Assembly: GCF_009914755.1 (NCBI RefSeq)
Contig: NC_060942.1
Length of the DNA: 64,000 bases
Direction: 5' to 3' (one strand)
Source: the human T2T-CHM13v2.0 reference genome, Homo sapiens
Numbering within the stretch: the first letter of the stretch is position 1; each line of letters opens with the position of its first letter. The notes below the pieces were generated by a model, which saw only the letters and a program-made list of their open reading frames with translations, did no database searches and had not been told where the DNA came from. The position numbers and the translations under genes were made by a program. This document shows positions 1 to 12,939 of the stretch, piece after piece.

Positions 1-2243
1 AAAGGCCACCTAGCGCCAAAGAGGTGGCAGAGGCCTAGCGGTAAAAAATTTCTAAGCAAACATATCCAATAAAAAACAAAACAAGCCAGACAGAGAAAAC
101 TGCAATTTAAAACTAATCCTTCTATACAAAGACACAGACACCCACCCACAAGAAACAATAGCAAACAGGACCTCCCCAAAAAGACAAGGGAAAATCCAAC
201 CCTACAAGATGGCGATTTGTGAGCTAAGAATTCAAAATAACAATTTTAAGGAAACTCATGAGCTCAAGATAAAAATGAAAAGCAATTCAGAAATTTATCA
301 GATAAATTTGATGAAGAGATTGAAATACTTTTAAGAAATCAAACAGAAATCTCAGAACTGAGAAATACATTTGATAAACTGAAGAACTCATTAGAGGCTC
401 TTAGTAGAATGAACAAAGCACAGGAAAGATTCAGTGAGCTCAAAGACCAGCTATTTGAAAAGACACAGAGAAAAAAGAAAAATGAACAAAAAGGAACAGA
501 GTGCATACAAGGTACAGAAAATTACCTCAAAAGACCAAACCTAAGAATTATTGGTATTCAGGAGGCAGCTCAGCAAGAGCAAAGGGTAGAAAGCATATTC
601 AAAGAAATAATCACAGGAAACTTTCCAAAACTCGTGAAAGATATAAATATTCAAGTACAGGGAAGTCTGAGAACATCACACAGATTCAACCTAAATAAGA
701 ATACCACAAAGCAATAAACTCTCAAAGCTCAAGAACAAAGACAGAACCCTAAAAGCAGCAAGAGAAAAAGAAACAAATAACAGGTAAAGGAGCTCCAAAT
801 TGCCTGGTAACAGAATTCTCAACAGAAAACCCACACAGGCCAGGAAAGAGTGGACTGACATTTTTAAAGTGCTCAAAGAAAAAAACTGTCATCTAAGAAT
901 ATTGCATCCAACAAAATTATCATTCAAATATAAAGGAGAGATCAAATCTTTCCCGAAAGAACAAAAGCAGAGAGAATTCACCACCACCAGACCCATCTTA
1001 AAAGAAATGCTAAAGAGAGTTCTTCAATCTGAAATAAAAAACCACTAATGTGCAAAAAATAAAAATGAACCTTTCAATGTATCAAACCCAGTGGTAAAAT
1101 CAAGTACATGGATAAACCCAGAATACTCTATTACTGTACTTACTGTACTTGCAGTGTACAATGTACTACTAGTACTACCACAATCATAACTCTAGTATGA
1201 AGCCCAAAAGACAACCTATCAAAAACAATAATACCTACAGCAACCAGTGAAGGGATAGGTAATATTAAAATATGCAAATTGAGACAACTAAGTCAAAATG
1301 TAATGGGGATGGAGTTAAAGTATAGAATTGGGGTGTGTGTGTATGTGCGTGCATGTGTGTATGTGTAGTTTTTTTTAGCCTTTGTTTCTGTTTTTAAATT
1401 TGTGATCTAAGATAAGTTGTCATTTGTTTAAAATAACTTGCTGTATCTATAAGATGTTTCTGGTAAGCCTCATAGTAACCACAACACAAAAACCTATAAT
1501 AGATCCACTAAAAATAAAAAGCAACATATTAAAACACATTACCAGAGAAAATCACTTAGCCACAAAGGAAAACCATGTAAAAAAGAACAAGAGGAGTTTC
1601 AACCAGAAACAGGCAGCAAAACAGCAGTAATAAGTCCTTATCAATAACACTGAATGTAAATGGTCTCAATTCTCCAATTAAAAGGCCTAAAGTAGGTAAA
1701 TGGATATAAAAACAAGAACCAACTATATGTTAGCTTCAAGAAATTCACTTCACCCACACAGACTGAAAGTAAAAAGGTGGAAAAAAAAAACCATTCTATA
1801 CAACTAGAAGCCAAAAAAAGAGCAGATGTAGCTATACTTATATAAGAGAGACTAACAAATCTAAGACTAAAATGAGAAAAAGCAGGTCACTACATAATGA
1901 TAAAGGGGACAATTCAGCAAGAAGATGAAACAATTACAAATATCTATGCACCTAACACCAGAGTTCCCAAGTATATAAAACATTCGTAAATCTAAAGGGA
2001 GAAACAGACGGCAGTACAATAATGGTAGGGGACTTCAACACTCCACTCTCAGTAAGGGACAGAACATCCAGACAGAAAATCAACAAAGAAACAGTGGAGT
2101 TAAACTACACACTAGATCTAACAGGCCTAACCAACATTTACACATTTCACCCAACTGCTGCAGAATACATTCTTTTCATCAGCACATGGAACACTGTCCA
2201 GAACAGACCATGTCTTAGGCTATAAAACAAGTCCAAACAAACT

Positions 2244-2279
<36 letters not shown>

Positions 2280-5200
2280 AGAAAAAAAAAATCATATCAA
2301 GTATCTTTCCTGACCACAATGGAATAAAACTAGAAATCAGTAAGAGGAACCTCAGAAAATACACAAACACATGGAAATTAAACAACATGCCCTGAATGAC
2401 CAACGAGTCAGTGAAGAAACTAAGAAGTTAAAAAAAAAATTATCAAAACACAAGTGAAAATGTAAATACAAGATAAAAAATCTGTGGGCTATAACAAAAG
2501 CAGTACTAAGAGGGAAGTGGAGAGCAATAAACGTCTATATCAAAAAAGTAAAAAGCCTTCAAATAAATAACTCAACGATGCACCTCAAGGGACTAGAAAA
2601 GCAGGAATGAACCAAACCCCAAATTAGGAAAAAAAGAAATGATGATGATCAGAGCAGAAATAAATGAAATTGAGATAAAAAAAAAATACAGAAGATCAAC
2701 AAAACAATGAGTTGGTTTTTTGAACAGATAAACAAAATAGACAAACCTTTAGCTAGACTAAGAAAAAGAGAGAAAATCCAAGTAAATAAAATCAGACATG
2801 AAAAAGGAGACATAGCAACTGGGACCTAAGAAATATGAAGACTCATTAGCGACTATTATGAACAACTATATGGCAACAGATTGGAAAACCCAGAAGAAAC
2901 GGATAAATTTCTAGACACATACAACTCACCAAGAATGAACTATGAAGAAACAGAAAACCTCAACAAAATAGTCATGAGTAATGAGATCAAAGCTATAATA
3001 AAAAGTCTTCTATCAAAAAAAGCCCAAGACCTGAAGGCTTCATTTGAATTCTATCAAACATGTAAAGAAAACTAATACTGATCCTACTTAAACTCTTCAA
3101 AAAAAAAAAATTGGAGAGGAGGGAATACTTCCAAACTCATGCTACAAGGTCAATATTACTCTGATACCAAAAGCAGACAAAGATACAACACAAACAAAAC
3201 CTACAGGCCAATATCACTGATGAACATTAATGCAAAAATCCTCAGTGAAATACTAGCAAACCGAATTCAACAATACATTAAAAAGGGGACTGAAAAGATC
3301 ATTCACCATGATTAAATGTGATTCATCCTAGGGATGCAGATGGTTAAACATACAAAAATCAATAAACATGATACATCACATTAACAGAATCAAGAACAAA
3401 AACCATATGATTATTTCAATAGATGTCAAAAAAGCATTTGATAAAATTCAACATGTCTTTATGATTAAAAATCCTCATCAAAATCAGTATAGAAGAACAT
3501 ACCCCGAAATAATACACACCATATATGAAAAACCCAAATTAGCATTGTATTGAATTGTGAAAAACTGAAGGCCTTTCCTCTAAGGACTAGAACAAGTAAA
3601 GGATGCCCACTTTCAGTATTATACAACATAATACTGGAAGTCCTGGCTGGCACAATTGGGCAAAAGAAAGAAATAAAGGGCATCCAAACTGAAAAGAAAG
3701 AAGTCAACTTAGTCTTGTTCACAGAAGACATAATTTTATACCTAGAAAACCCTAAAGACTCCACCAAAAAACTGTGAGAACTGATAGATGAATTCAGTGA
3801 AATTGTAGAATTTATCAACATACAAAAATCAGTAGTGTTTAAATTTGTCAATGGTAAACTATCTGAAAAAGATATCAAGAAGCAATCCTATTTACAATAG
3901 CTACAAAATATAAAATACCTAGGAAGCAATCTAACCAAAGAAGTGAAAGATCGGTGTAAGGAAAACTATAAAACTCTGATGAAAGAAATTGAAGAGAATG
4001 CAAAAAATGGAAAGATATTCCATGCTCATGGATTAGAAGACTTAATACTGTTAAAATGGCAATACTACCCAAAGTAATTTACAAATTCAATGTAAATTGA
4101 ATGTAACAAAATACCTATGACACTCTTCACAGAATTAGAAAAAATGTCCTCAAATTTACATGGAACTACAAAAGACCCCGAATAGCCAAAGTCATCCTGA
4201 CTAAAAAGAACAAAGCTGGAGGTATCATACTACCTGACTTCAAAATTTACTACAAAGCTATAATAATCAAAACAGCATGGTACTGGCATAAAAATAGATA
4301 CATAAACCAATGGAACAGAATAGAGAATCCAGATATAAATCCTCACATACAGCCAACTCATCTTTGACAAAGGTGCCAAGAACATTCAATAGAGAACAGT
4401 CCTTTCAGTAAAGGGTGTAGGGAAAACTGGATAACTGTATGAGACCAATGAAATTAGACCCCTATTTCTCACCATCCACAGAAATCAAATAAAAATGGAT
4501 TAAAGAATTAAAAATGTAAGACCTGTAACTATGAAACCACTAGAAGAAAACACTGAGGAAATGCTCCAGGAGGTTGGTCTGAGCAAAGTTTTTTTTGTGT
4601 ATAAGACTTCAAAAGCATAGGTAATCAAAACAAAAATAGACAAATGGGATTACATGCAGCCAAAAAACTACTGTACCACAAAGGAAAAAATTAACAAAGA
4701 GCCTACAGGATAGTAGAAAAAATTTGCAAAGTGTCTACCTGACAAGGGATTATTAACCACAATATCTAAGGAACTCAAACAACTCAATAGCAAGAGAAAT
4801 GAGATTTAAAAATTGACAAAAGATCTGAACAGATATTTCTCAAAAGAAGACACACAAATGGCCAACAGGTATATGAAAAAATGCTCAATATCACTAATTA
4901 TCAGAGAAATGCAAATCAAGACCACAATTGAGATATCATCTCACCCCAGTTAAAATGGCATATATCAAAAAGACAGGCAGTAATAGATGCTGGCAAGGAT
5001 GTGGGGAAAGGAGAATCCTCATAAACTGCTAGTGGAAATGTAAATTCATACAGCCACTGTGAAAAACAGTATGGAGGTTCCTTGAAAACTAAAAATAGAA
5101 CTATCATATGATCCAGCAATTCCATTACTGGATATATGTCCAGAAGAAAGGAAATCAATATATAGAAAAGCCATCTGCACTCCAGTGTTTACTGCAGCAC

Positions 5201-5959
5201 TATTCATAGCAGCCAAAATATGAAATCAACCTAAGTGCCCATCAACAGAAGAATGAATTTTTAGAAAGTGGTATATACACCCAATGAAATATTATTCAGC
5301 CATAAAAAAGGAATGAAATCTTGTCATCTGCACCAACACGGATGGAACTACAGGCTGTTACGTTAAGTGAAATAAGCCAAGCACCAAAAGACAAATACTG
5401 CATCTTCTCACTCATATGTGGGGGCTAAAATGGAATCTCATGAAGATGGGGAGTAGAATGGTGATTACGTGAGGCTGGGAAGGATAGGGAGGATGGTAGG
5501 GAGGAGGAGTGATGAAGGGAATTTTTAAAAAATATACATATATACAAAATATAATATATATATTTTTTATATAAAAATATAAATGTACTTATTACCACTG
5601 AACTGTACACTTAAAAAAGATAGTAAGTTTTATTTGTATATTTTACCTCAAATTTTTTTTTTTTTTGAGACAGAGTCTTGCTCTGTCGCCCAGTCTGGAG
5701 GGCAGTGGTGTAATCTCGGCTCACTGAAATCTCCACTTCCTGGGTTCAAGTGATTCTCGTGCCTCAGCCTCCCTAACAGCTGGGATTACAGACGTGCACC
5801 ACCACACTCAGCTAATTTTTGTATTGGGCCCGGCTGTCTCAAACTCCTGACCTCAGGTGATCCGCCCTCCTAAGCCTCCCAAAAGTCCTGGGATTACAGG
5901 CATGAGCCACTGAGCCCGGCCTCAAATTTTTAATAAGTATAAAATTGAAAAAAAAAAAA
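1..5959 (+). mobile_element. Decayed long LINE-1 (L1MA/L1M-type), antisense to EPB41L3, with ORF1 and ORF2 remnants; extends past the window start
   Basis: ORF1 remnants (KRPNLRIIGI, ARKEWTDIFKVLKEK; ~200-1048). ORF2 endonuclease (MVGDFNTPLS) and RT ([25 protein letters not shown]...GCPLS) fragments, broken by frameshifts and stops. L1MA-like 3'UTR and a poly(A) at 5948-5959. Confidence 0.95.
5653..5921 (-). mobile_element. AluS inserted in the L1 3' tail, with an internal deletion of ~30 bp
   Basis: Antisense Alu consensus. The segment tttagtagagacggggtttcaccatgtt is missing at ~5826. TSD-like tcaaattttt on both sides. Confidence 0.92.
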
Positions 5960-6377
5960 GGCAAACCTGCAAATACTCTAGGTAAAGAAATAAAATAATC
6001 AGGTTGCAAATATACAGTTTAATGCTGTGACTTCCAAAGATTTTCACTAATATGCTGATTATATCTCTTATCTCAACATCTTAGAATTTCTAGTTTGAAA
6101 CACTTCTGACATATAAGAGGCCAATCACTTGTGGGGACTCCAGATTGCTTTACCACATACAAATCGGCACTCTAAAACATTTTGATTCCAAGTTTGAAGT
6201 TTTAAGACAAAAGACATTTAAATATGGACTTATTCAAGGCCCACATGTAAAACCATACTTTAAAACTTTTAAAAGTAATGCATTATTCCTGACTACTCAA
6301 ACATGTACAGGGAAAAAGAGTTGAAAATGTAGATGTGTATAGGGAGGGAAAGACCTACCTGAAGATCCACTAAGAAA

Positions 6378-6765
6378 CCATGGAATACTATGCAGCTATA
6401 AAAAAGGATGAGTTCATGTCCTTTTCAGGACATGGATGGAAACCATCATTCTTAGCAAACTAACACAGGAACAGAAAACCAAACACCGCATGTTCTCACT
6501 CATAAGTGGGAGTCGAACAATGAGAACACATGGACGTAGGGAGGGGAACATCACACACTGGGGCCTGTCGGGGACTGGGGGGCTAGGGGAGGGATAGCAT
6601 TAGGAGAAATACCTAATGTAGATGATGGATTGATGGGTGCAGCAAACCACCATGGCACGTGTATACCTATGTAACAAACCTGCACGTTCTGCACATGTGT
6701 CCCAGAGCTTAAAGTATAATAATAATGATGATGATGATGATAATAATAATAATAATAATAATAAA
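6378..6765 (+). mobile_element. 5'-truncated L1PA (about L1PA7-like) 3' end with (TAA)/(TGA) microsatellite tail
   Basis: Diagnostic 3'UTR sequence: atgagaacacatgg...gggagggatagcattaggagaaatacctaatgtagatga...tgtaacaaacctgcacgttctgcacatg. Confidence 0.93.
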
Positions 6766-7157
6766 AGCAGATCTGCAATATTAGGGCCAGGGTGATGCCT
6801 GGGGAAATGCAAACTCACTCTAGCCCTTAGACTTGAAAGAAAAAGCAACCACAAGCATAATTAAAGCTCTCAGTTTGGTGTCTATCTTTCCTCTAAATCC
6901 AGATAGGACCAATAATCTCCAGTCTGGACTTCAGTGAGTTTCAGTGTTTTAATTAAAAGAAGGAGTTACCAAGCAAGGTTGTGGAATGTCATTCACTGAA
7001 AGCCTTAAAATAGCATACATTTTCATCTGCCTGGGGCTAGAAGGGGAACAGCAGATGACCCCTCATAGCTGCCTCTAGGGCTAAGAGACCAAGGTTAAAG
7101 CCGATCCTGGAGCAGCTCAGCAAACACTGCGTCATTAGTTTTCTGGCCTGGGCTCAC

Positions 7158-7340
7158 CTCCCTCCGCACCGGGGTGCTGTGCGCTGCAGCGGCGGCGAAC
7201 TGCTCCAGGGCCTGCTGCTGCTCCTCCTTGGGCGGCTCCGGCACGGGCGCCCCCGCGCGCCCCTGCGCCCCCGCCGCCTCCTGGGGCTCGGCCTCCTGGT
7301 CCGGCTTGGATTCCGAGTCTGATCCAGATTCGGTCGTCAT
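7158..7340 (-). CDS. EPB41L3: First coding exon of erythrocyte membrane protein band 4.1-like 3 (4.1B/DAL-1), codons 1-61; CDS continues beyond the left edge of the window
   Basis: Translation MTTESGSDSESKPDQEAEPQEAAGAQGRAGAPVPEPPKEEQQQALEQFAAAAAHSTPVRRE is recognised as the 4.1B N-terminus (MTTE start typical of the 4.1 family). Kozak context ACCATGA. Donor GAG|GTGAGC after 7158; 183 nt, phase 0. Confidence 0.96.
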
Positions 7341-7351
7341 GGTTGATTGTT
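7158..7351 (-). other. EPB41L3: EPB41L3 exon 2 (194 nt: 11 nt 5'UTR + 183 nt CDS)
   Basis: Minus-strand acceptor ttcccttttttctgcttgcag|AACAATCAACCATG (AG at 7353-7352) and donor GT at 7157-7156. Locally CpG-rich. Confidence 0.93.
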
Positions 7352-9184
7352 CTGCAAGCAGAAAAAAGGGAAGAGCAGGTCACTCCGTGCCACTACCTTC
7401 CCTCTGCAAGAAAACTAGGATGCTCACCGTGAAAGGCTCAAGAGAACCACAGAGAGGGAGATGCTACCAAACCCCATCCTATTCCACACACTGGACAGAT
7501 GACTTGTCAACTTCACCACTGAGATGGGTGCCCACCAGGCACTCAAAACTAACATTTATCTAGGAGGAAAAGTTGATCTGTAATGATCACAGGCTTTATT
7601 CCTATTAGATTTTTGCCACAACGGATTGTTAAATGACATTAAAGAAATGTCATAATAATTAAATATCTTACATTCAATTAAAAAAATTTGCTGTATCACC
7701 TGCATATATATTTCAATCCCTTGGAAGGATGATTTAATAACGGAAGCAGACATTCTTTCTCATTTCCCTCCCCCTTCCTATCTCTATACAGGGGCCCTCC
7801 CAACCCCCTGAATCTACAGATACTTCAAGGAACAAATGCCTTTCCCATGTGATTTCTCTTAATCCAGTTATCCCTCTTTGAGTTAGCAACTGAGCTACAA
7901 CAGCAGCTTCTTCAGGGACTCGGGATCTGTCCCACTGGCCATAGCTGCAGGGGCACAGGCAGGATCACCTCTCCTTCCCTCCCAAGTTAATTCTCATCTT
8001 CTTCCTGGCTTCCCCCTATTTCCATTGAGTGTTGAAAGGTAAATTTATCTCATATCTCATAGGGAACTCAAACAACAGATCTTAATATATAATAATCTGC
8101 TGATACATCCTTTAAAAAGACCTTCTAAAATATGAACATCTTCCCAAAGATTGCAAGTCAAGATGTTTCAGGATTTCGTGCCTCAGTTTCCACATGTGCC
8201 AAATGAGGACACTGAACGTGATAATACCTAAATAACTTATTTCTTGCTATTACATTTTTTTCTCCTACTAATAAGATATGCCACAATGTTTTTAAAGCAG
8301 ATTTTTGCTCTAAGCAGCAAGAGAGCTGCTATTACGCCAAGTAGATCCCATGTCATTTTAAGCAATTACTTACCTTAGGTATATGGAGTAAGTATCTCAA
8401 GTACAAATATCTCATTATTGTCATACAATTTCCCTTCCTAATTATAATTTTATAGTAAAAGTATGAGCAAAGGACTAGTGTAGTGCTTTAGGCAAATTAT
8501 ATAATTGGTATAATATAGAATTGTGCAAAAATAAAACTAGTAACTCTTAGTTCCTATCTTCACAATATATATAAAAATATGTTTAATAATTTGAAGAAAA
8601 GGGAGCATCACAAATACCAATCTAGGTTATAAACTAAATGCTATATCTGGGTTTTCTATTTAGGGTTACTTTCACAATCACCAGATATTCTTTCTGTTGA
8701 ATAAAAGAGACATATCAATTTGGCATGTGCTTAGTTGCCCAAAGCATATATAAATATCGAGTCTGAATACAGAGAAAGGTAGTGATGCAAATAAAATGAA
8801 CAGACTTTCTTTTTTCCTGTTATAATACATTTTAGATTTTCGAGCAAATCTTAAAAGTAAATATTATATTTTCTTTTGTATGCTTATCCTGGAAAGTGGC
8901 ATAAATATATAGAGAAAACAGTAGAGGAGGAGGAAAGGTTGTGGAGGGCTGCAGAATTTAGAGCTTCTGATCAAACTCCATCTTTTGGAAGGGAAAGGAT
9001 TAGCTTTAATAGTCAATTCAACCCACCAAACACTTACTGAGTACCAAATATAAGCCAAGCACTGCTTGTGGTTTAGAAACAGAGATTCATCTGTTGTAAC
9101 CACTACCCCCCATCTCAAGGAGCTCCTAGTCTGTGCCGGAAATATGCTCTCTGGAATCCATTTTCTTCATCTTCTTTTGGTAAC

Positions 9185-9585
9185 TAAGCTTTCAGATCTA
9201 GCAGGTGCCTCTGCACCCAGCCTGAGACTACAATGAGCTGTGGCTGTGGATTAAGACTGGACCAAGGAGACAACAGAAGAAAAATGCACTCAATGTTTAG
9301 GTCATCTTCATAAAGACAAAGCCACTCACCCTAGATTTCCCTTTCCCACTGGCTGGATGTGCAGGTCTTAAACCCAGTCCTGGACATGTCACATTCAGGG
9401 GAATGACAGAGCCACCCCTTCCAGCACGGGTCTCTGGATGACCTCATGGACCATGACCCACCTACTCTGGACTGTGACGTAAGGCAGAAATCAACAACTT
9501 TAGCTTGTGTTCATTTGCTCAGGAAATTGCTTATTCTATTTCCTGAGCAAATGAATATCCCATGATTTTAGTGTTATCAGCCTAG
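9185..9585 (+). mobile_element. Old MaLR LTR (MLT1-like) remnant
   Basis: MLT1-type motifs such as cccagcctgagactaca, tgtggattaagactggacc and cacctactctggactgtgacg...agaaat. Highly diverged. Confidence 0.55.
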
Positions 9586-10194
9586 TCGGGAAACCGTTTT
9601 GCACCTGCTTTTGTCTTAAATCCAGGACCATCACCAAAGCAGAGAGCCAGCAGTACACAAGCTAAATAAAAATGTAAAATGGATAGAGCCCAACAACCAC
9701 CTACCAACAATCTAAAGAATAAAATAATGTACCATTACCATCTATGACTGTACCATATAATACCTTACCTGTTGTATATCACACAACTCACAGCAGCTCA
9801 TACCTCAAAATCATCTACTATGCCCTTGTCATATATTTCCTAGGTATATTAATTTTCCAGCACTATAGGCATAATATAATAAATGCAAATTGTTGCCATT
9901 TTGGCCACTTTTAATAAAATAAAACTGTCAAGGCTACTGAGAGATAAAGTAATAAAACTTTAAAATGTACGTCTTTTTTAATGCTGGAATCTCACTAGAA
10001 TCAATATCTAATTCCACATTTCTCAAAGGACATAAGCTCTTATTATTCCTACAAATAAACCAGTATGGATGGCCTAGATCAGCAAATTCTATTTCAAAAC
10101 TTGTTTCCTCTTCCCCACCCATATACCAATGTAAGCAAGCAATAACCTGATTTTTAATGGCAAACTAATATCAACATCTAAATACAATATGTCT

Positions 10195-10495
10195 GGCTGG
10201 GCGCAGTGGCTTACACCTGTAATCCCAGGACTTTGGGAGGCCGAGGCGGGTGGATCACTTGAGGTAAGGAGTTCAGGACCAGCCTGAACAACATGGTAAA
10301 ACCCTGTCTCTACTAAAAATACAAAAATTAACCAGGCGTGGTGGTGCTTGCCTGTAATCCTAGCTACTAGGAAGGCTGAGGCACAAGAATTGCTTGAACC
10401 TAGGAGGCAGAATTTGCAGTGAGCCGAGATTGCACCACTGCACTCCAGCCTGGGTGACACAGAGAGACTCGGTCTCAAAAAAATAAATACAATAC
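10195..10495 (+). mobile_element. AluS (Sx/Sz-like)
   Basis: Full dimeric Alu; TSD-like aatacaatatgtct / aatataatatgcct. Confidence 0.95.
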
Positions 10496-11799
10496 AATAT
10501 AATATGCCTAACTTTAACTCGTTATTTTAATAAGCTTTTAGTGTTCTCCTTCACTCTTAAACCCAAATGCCAAAACATTTCTTTTAAACTAGATTTTCAA
10601 GATATTTACATTGCTTTGGTTCTTTTTCTTATACTCATTCCTTGCTTTCTAGGATGGTGCTGCCATTTAAAATCACAGCTTTCCCTTTCCAACTAACTAA
10701 AGACTATTGTTTTCCAAGGTTCCCTTCTCTTCTGATAGGTTCACTTTGCACGAAACTATCTGCCAATTATTTGGGTTACTGGAAGCAAACATCATCACTT
10801 GAAATCCCAAACAGAAAGTGAGACAAAATGTATTTATGCTTAGTTTTGACTGAAACTGTCCTTTCCTTATACTAAATTTACCTTAAAATTGTGTTTTGCT
10901 CAGGCTTTAAAGGTTTGGATTCCTGGAAACTCCAAATCCTAAAAGTTGGGGTAAGGACATTCATAAGTATGCTAGGCAGATGGCAAGAGGAGTCCTTAAT
11001 TTTTTTTTAAAGAAACGTAAATCATATTTCAATATCCCTCTCTCAGGAATATATTTATTAAATGAACACCAAAAGAAATGGTAATGAGCTTCAAAGGATG
11101 CATGTGCAGGTGTGAATGAAATCATCTTCACAATCCCCAATCTAATTCACCTATAAAAAGACGGTCATTGCCATGCATTTTGGGCTTTGTTCCTTTTCAG
11201 CTCTAATTTTTTATTCCACAGAAGCAAGAAAAAAAAGTCAGTTAATCCTCATCTTTTCCACTTTTAGAAGTGGCAGCTCTAAAATCTCCATCTCCTAACT
11301 AAATGACTGCTAAATTAGTTTCTGTATTCAAATTTATCTACCTCTCTTGCTGACATAAAAATTCAGTGGCATTTTATGAAAAGACACAAACTAAAGATTT
11401 AGTGAAGGAAAATGCTTAATATAAATTTCTGTCATTTATGTGTAAGACAGGATTCCTACAGAATAACAAAGCATTTCATAAAAGAAAACGTCTTCGTACC
11501 ATTTACCTGTCTAACGAGTATATAGGACTCAAATGGACAAACTTTTTAACATCAACCTTTTTTTCTTTTATATTTCAAGTGTAAATTTATAGGAGAAGTG
11601 GGTCTTACTTAACATAAGTATTTGTGACTATAGAGTACTATCCACCAGTCTGCTAAAAACCATCAGTTGCTAGCAAACTAGAAGACAGTAATATTCTTTG
11701 GCCCTTCTACTGAATTTTTTCTATTTGCATGAAAAAAAAATGCCCTAGTATCATCCATCCAAAAAGAAAATCCCAAAAAGAAACCAAAACAACCTGCTG

Positions 11800-12510
11800 T
11801 TGGTCTCACTTTCCACTCTCCTACTCCCTCTAGTAGGGCCCTACCTCTCTACTTTTCTGTGGTGCCAAGCTTCTGGAAGGAATTTTCTTCTCATGCTGTC
11901 ACCACATCCTCCCACTCACTCACACTTCAGTATATTCCTCATAATTCTAGTAACTTCGCTAAGGTGACCATGACCTCCCCACAAGCCAGTCAATCCTAGG
12001 TGGCACCCCTCCTCATCTTTCAGTTCTCCAGGTTTGACACCCTCTTGGTTTCCTTCTATCTTTTCTGGCTACTCTTCCTCATTTCCACTTGTCTCTGCAT
12101 ATCCCATTTCTCATATTCTATTTCTAAACTTCACAATTCTTTACAAATCCATCTCACTCTTTAAATTCTCTTTCTTGGAGAGCTCATCCACTTCATTTCA
12201 AATACAATGACAATTCCAAATTTTGTGACCTCTCACTGAGCTTCAGATCCATAAATACAACTCTTCTTCTCACTTCTTTACCTGGATATCTCAGAAGCAC
12301 CTAAAACCGAACATTTTTCCATCCAAACCTTTGATCTCTGCACCACCCCCTGCCTGCTGCCAACCCCCCAATCTGCTTGACTCCTGTCCTCCCCATTGCA
12401 GCAGGTGGCCTCCATCTGTCCAGAGGCTCATGCTGGGACTGGGACAGCACTTCCCTCCCTATGCCTAACTCCAATCCACCTCACTCTTGGCAATATCACC
12501 TCCTGAGTTG
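11800..12510 (+). mobile_element. L2 fragment
   Basis: Pyrimidine-rich L2 motifs (aaggtgaccatgacctcc, ctgagcttcagatccata, cctggatatctcagaagcacctaaaa). Confidence 0.65.
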
Positions 12511-12516
12511 TGTTTA

Positions 12517-12939
<423 letters not shown>

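Noticed and set aside
409-5158. ORFs resembling L1 ORF1p, endonuclease and reverse transcriptase
   Set aside because: Fragments of a dead LINE-1 with many stops and frameshifts; not an active or novel RT system.
7095-7157. C-terminal 20 aa of the listed 81-aa ORF (VSPGQKTND...)
   Set aside because: Read-through past the GAG|GTGAGC donor into the intron; not part of the spliced protein.
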